Below the pieces are notes generated by a model that saw only the letters and a list, made by a program, of their open reading frames with translations, made no database searches and was not told where the DNA came from. Both the position numbers and the translations under genes were made by a program. This document shows, piece by piece, positions 60,584-64,000 of a stretch of 64,000 nt of DNA (its first letter is position 1; every line of letters starts with the position of its first letter). The stretch comes from Polyangia bacterium (GTDB taxonomy: Bacteria > Myxococcota_A > Polyangia > Palsa-1104), in NCBI GenBank assembly GCA_039923495.1, contig JBDTCO010000006.1, forward strand, positions 35,066 to 99,065. Direction: 5' to 3'.

Positions 60584-61762
60584 TCAGTGGTCCGCGAGAA
60601 CCAGAGCCTGCTCGAGGTCCGCGATCTGATCGTCGATGTGCTCGATGCCCGCGGAGACGCGCACGAGCCCGTCCGCGATCCCGAGCTGCTCGCGCGTGGC
60701 CTGCGGGATGGACAGGTGGGTCATGAGCGCGGGCGCCTCGATGAGCGACTCGACACCGCCGAGGCTCTCCGCGCACGCGAACAGCTTCGTCGCGCGCAGC
60801 ATGCCGCGCGCCCGCTCGAGCGCGCTCTTGTTGAGGGACGGCTTGAGCACGAACGCCAGCATGCCGCCGGGCGCCTTCATCTGCTTCTGCGCGAGCGCGT
60901 ACTGCGGGTGCGACGGCAGGCCGGGGTACGTGACCTTCTCGACAGCCGGGTGCGACTCGAGCCAGAGCGCGAGCTTCATCGCGTTCTCGACGTGGCGCTG
61001 CATGCGCACGGCGAGGGTCTTGGTGCCGCGCAGCACGAGGAAGCAGTCGAGCGGCGAGGGCACCGCGCCGATCGCGTTCTGCATGAACTGGAGCCGCTCG
61101 CAGATCGTCTCGTCCGACGTGATGACCGCGCCACCCACGACGTCCGCGTGCCCGTTGAGGTACTTCGTCGTCGAGTGCACCACCATCGTCGCGCCCAGAT
61201 CGAGCGGGCGCTGCAGCATCGGCGTCATGAACGTGCTGTCGACGGCGAACGGCACCCTCTTGTCGCGGCAGATCTGCGCGACGGCCGCGATGTCGCAGAG
61301 CTTGAGCAGCGGGTTGGTCGGCGTCTCGACCCACACGAGCTTCGTGTTGGGCCGCATCGCCTCGCGGAAGCCATCGGTGTGGCGCGGATCGACGTACGTC
61401 GTCGAGATGCCGAGCTGCTTCATCACGCGCTCGAAGATGCGGTACGTGCCGCCGTACAGATCGTCGCCAGCGACGACGTGATCACCCGCCGACAAAAGGT
61501 GCAGAACCGTCGTGGTCGCCGCGCAGCCGGATGCGAACGCGAAGCCGTGCTTGCCGCCCTCGAGCGCCGCAAGGTTGGCCTCGAGCGCGTAGCGCGTGGG
61601 GTTGTGCGAGCGCGAGTACTCGAAGCCCTTGTGCTCGCCGGGTCCGTTCTGCACGTACGTCGAGGTCAGGAAGATCGGTACCGAGATGGCGCCGGTGATC
61701 GGCTCGGGCGCCTGCCCCGCGTGAACCGCCAGCGTCTCGAGGTGCTTGGATTCGGTGTGCAT
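60584..61762 (-). CDS. PLP-dependent cystathionine gamma-lyase/synthase family enzyme (MetB/MetC/CGL)
   Basis: Start MHTESKHLETLAVHAG; Lys region VVHSTTKYLNGHADVVGG and the overall Cys/Met-metabolism PLP fold. Confidence 0.8.
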   Translation of the reverse strand: MHTESKHLETLAVHAGQAPEPITGAISVPIFLTSTYVQNGPGEHKGFEYSRSHNPTRYALEANLAALEGGKHGFAFASGCAATTTVLHLLSAGDHVVAGDDLYGGTYRIFERVMKQLGISTTYVDPRHTDGFREAMRPNTKLVWVETPTNPLLKLCDIAAVAQICRDKRVPFAVDSTFMTPMLQRPLDLGATMVVHSTTKYLNGHADVVGGAVITSDETICERLQFMQNAIGAVPSPLDCFLVLRGTKTLAVRMQRHVENAMKLALWLESHPAVEKVTYPGLPSHPQYALAQKQMKAPGGMLAFVLKPSLNKSALERARGMLRATKLFACAESLGGVESLIEAPALMTHLSIPQATREQLGIADGLVRVSAGIEHIDDQIADLEQALVLADH

Positions 61763-61766
61763 CGCC

Positions 61767-62270
61767 TTACAGCTCGTCCACGAGATCGGCGCCCTCTTCG
61801 ACGCCGAAGAGCTGCTGCATCGCGGTGCGCTCGACGACGTCCTGCATGCGGGCCCCTCCGTAGCGAGCGACGATGCGATCGTCGTACTCGTCGGCGACGA
61901 CGGCGACATCGTGCACGGTGGCGATGAGCTCGCGCTCGTCCATCGTGACGCCGCCCAGCATCGAGTGGTGGAAGAGGATGACGTTGCCGTCGGGCACGTA
62001 GGCGAAGGCGCCGAAGCGCAGCTTGCCGTTGAGGATGAGGAGCTGACGGAACAGCGACGCCTCGGGCCGGATGCCCGACGCCACCTGCGCGACCGTGCGC
62101 ACGATCGCCTTGTCGTCGTGCTTCGAGCCCTTGCCCGTGGGGACGACGCTGATCATGACGTAGCTCGAGCCCTGGCGAACCAGGTACAGGTGCTCGTCGA
62201 TCTTCTGGAACGCCTGGCTCTTGCCAAGCGCGTGCTCGATGATCTTCTTGCTCTCGGAGACGGCGCTCAT
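61767..62270 (-). CDS. YbjN-domain (T3SS-chaperone-like) protein
   Basis: 167 aa; two-lobed YbjN-like sequence; 5 nt upstream of the PLP enzyme gene. Confidence 0.5.
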   Translation of the reverse strand: MSAVSESKKIIEHALGKSQAFQKIDEHLYLVRQGSSYVMISVVPTGKGSKHDDKAIVRTVAQVASGIRPEASLFRQLLILNGKLRFGAFAYVPDGNVILFHHSMLGGVTMDERELIATVHDVAVVADEYDDRIVARYGGARMQDVVERTAMQQLFGVEEGADLVDEL

Positions 62271-62315
62271 GGTCGTCGTGGTACCACGGCGCCGCGACTG
62301 GCGGCAACGCGGCGG

Positions 62316-63181
62316 CTAGAAGCGGAGCGCCGGCGTCGAGAAGATCGTCTGCGGCGCACCACCGTATGGACGGACCTGCGGCACCGCGAGGTCGAGCGCG
62401 GCCTTGCGTGCCGTCGAGCCGTCATCGGGCGCTCGGCGTGCTGCGTTGAGCTGCGTCTGACCCGTACCCCACACGACGGCGCCCGCGATCGTGAGGGGCA
62501 CGCCGAGGAGCTCGGCGAAGGCGCCACCATATGCGAGCCCGAGCTTGGCGCTGTAGGAGTGGTCGTCGTTGATGACGGTGCCGATGCAGATGCCGCCGAT
62601 GATCACGAGCCCGAGCCCCGTGGCGGTGAGCGCGATCCCGGTGTTGCGCCGATGCCGCGCCCTCGTGATGTGCTGCTGCTTCGTGACGGGCGGGATCGCG
62701 CGCGGCATCGAGTAGGGATAGCCGTAGCCGTAATACGGATACGGCGCGTACGGAGCGCCAGCCTGCTGCACGACGGGCTGCGGCGGCACGACCGGCTGCG
62801 GCGGTGGCTCCAGCGACGGGCGCACGCCGCGCGCGTGATCGGCCGAGGCGCGAGCGCGCAGGTTGTCCTGAAAGGTGCGATCCCCGTCGTTCTGCGGCGG
62901 AGGAATCTGCTGAAGGTACAGATCGAAGGCGTGCGCCGCGTCTTCGTAGCGGCCGAGGCGCTCGTCCGCCATGCCGATGTTGTAGTGGAGGCTCGGCGCC
63001 GGCGACAGGCGTTGCGCGCGCTGGAAGAGCGCGAGCGCGAGCTCGAACTCGCCGCGCTCGTAGGCCGATTTTCCATCGGCGAAGGCCTGCTTCGCCTCGG
63101 GCGGCGGCGCGTCGGCCGCGAGCGCGAGCTGCGAGGCACCAAGAAGGATGCAGAGCGGAGCTGCGATACGCCGGGTCTTCA
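62316..63181 (-). CDS. secreted TPR-containing Pro/Tyr-rich protein with C-terminal TM segment
   Basis: Internal Met MKTRRIAAPLCILLGASQLALAAD signal; TPR-like AFADGKSAYERGEFELALALFQRAQRLSP; YPYYGYGYPY low-complexity; TM ALTATGLGLVIIGGICIGTVI. Confidence 0.45.
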
Positions 63182-63276
63182 TCGGCGGCCATCTTACATG
63201 GGTGGGCCTGCGGCGGCGCGGCGGCCACGTCGACTGCGCGTTGCGATGCCGTGGTGTCGAGAGAGATACTCGTGAC

Positions 63277-64000
63277 GTGCTCCGCCGCACGCGCGTCCTC
63301 GTCGCCTCGCTCGTGATGACGCTCGCGCTCGTCGCGGCGTCCGCGCAGGAGCCAGAGCCAGAGTCCGAGGGCGGGGGCTCGACGATCCACATCCTCGGCG
63401 AGGAGCCGAAGCCTCCTGTCGTGCCACCCGCTGCGCCACTGCCGCTGCCCGACGATCCGGATCAGCCGAAACACGCGCCGCCAGAGGGTGAGCACATGCA
63501 GGAGATCTTCGTGCCCGCCGGCAAGAGCGTCGACGACGTCGTCGCGCCTCCGACCGCGATCACGTCGAAGGTCGAGGGCCTCGGGCAGCCGATCGCGGAG
63601 ATCCGCGTCGATGACAACTCGCGCACGCTGAGCAACACCATCGAGTACGTGTCGGGACTGCGCGTGGGGCAGGTGCTCTCGGGGTCGATGATCGAAGAGG
63701 CCACGGTGCGCCTCTACTCGACAGGGCTCTTCAAGGACGTCGCGATCACCTGGGAGGCGCCGTCGCCGAAGAACGCGGGCAGGGGCGTGCGCGTCGTCAT
63801 CCGCGCGAAGGACAAGTTCCCGTGGGTGGTGGCACCGATCTTCTCGTACCAGGCGCGCAACTACGGCGGCGGCGCGGCGTTCGCGCACAACAACCTGCTG
63901 GGCCGCGGCATCAAGCTGCTCGTCTACGCCGACTACACCACCGCCGAGAAGATGCTGCTCGCGGTGTGGATCGACCCGTCGATCCACAACACGCCGTTCT
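63277..64000 (+). CDS. BamA/Omp85-family outer-membrane protein, 3'-truncated at window edge
   Basis: GTG start gives signal MLRRTRVLVASLVMTLALVAASAQE; POTRA-like KVEGLGQPIAEIRVDDNSRTLSNTIEY...GLFKDV then surface-antigen-like WVVAPIFSYQARNYGGGAAFAHNNLLGRGIKL; open to nt 64000. Confidence 0.55.
   Translation, partial: MLRRTRVLVASLVMTLALVAASAQEPEPESEGGGSTIHILGEEPKPPVVPPAAPLPLPDDPDQPKHAPPEGEHMQEIFVPAGKSVDDVVAPPTAITSKVEGLGQPIAEIRVDDNSRTLSNTIEYVSGLRVGQVLSGSMIEEATVRLYSTGLFKDVAITWEAPSPKNAGRGVRVVIRAKDKFPWVVAPIFSYQARNYGGGAAFAHNNLLGRGIKLLVYADYTTAEKMLLAVWIDPSIHNTPF

Overview
This is a dense, roughly 68-70% GC chromosomal segment with genes on both strands. The MYXO-CTERM-type tail on one protein, several Cys-rich-repeat lipoproteins, multiple ECF sigma factors and a eukaryotic-like Ser/Thr kinase point to a Myxococcales-like (Sorangiineae-type) genome. 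I found no rRNA, tRNA, CRISPR array, transposase, integrase or prophage signature. Many of the long ORFs in the six-frame track are Arg/Ala-rich antisense artefacts of the high GC content, and I did not call them. Recognisable genes include mltG-ruvX, ldcA, an NrtR-controlled NAD salvage operon (nrtR-pncA-pncB-nadE), an aldo/keto reductase, mgtC, an M28 peptidase, a PilZ protein, an FGE/SUMF-like protein, radC, a calpain-like protease, an ECF sigma/anti-sigma pair and oppD/oppF ATPases. Further calls are an FmdB zinc ribbon, an S41 peptidase, a MerR-TPR regulator, an NtrC-family activator coupled to gshB, a rhodanese, adenosine deaminase, a cystathionine gamma-lyase-family enzyme and the start of a BamA-like gene. 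The most unusual items are (i) an operon of a domain-permuted aconitase-family enzyme, a thiolase and a LeuA-family synthase with no dehydrogenase in the window, and (ii) a calpain-like protease start-codon-coupled to a small lipoprotein. Next come (iii) a five-copy 40-bp tandem repeat array between two genes, (iv) a near-consensus sigma-70 promoter with an AT-rich palindrome inside the nrtR/pncA junction, and (v) a CorE-like Cys-rich ECF sigma factor. The last two are (vi) orphan OppDF ATPases preceded by an FmdB zinc ribbon and (vii) several exact or near duplications: a 46-bp copy of the mltG 3' end, tandem paralogs with one frameshifted copy, and a triple 13-bp repeat. All functional calls come from reading motifs in the translations. 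No database search was run, and coordinates of internal start codons are within about 3 nt.
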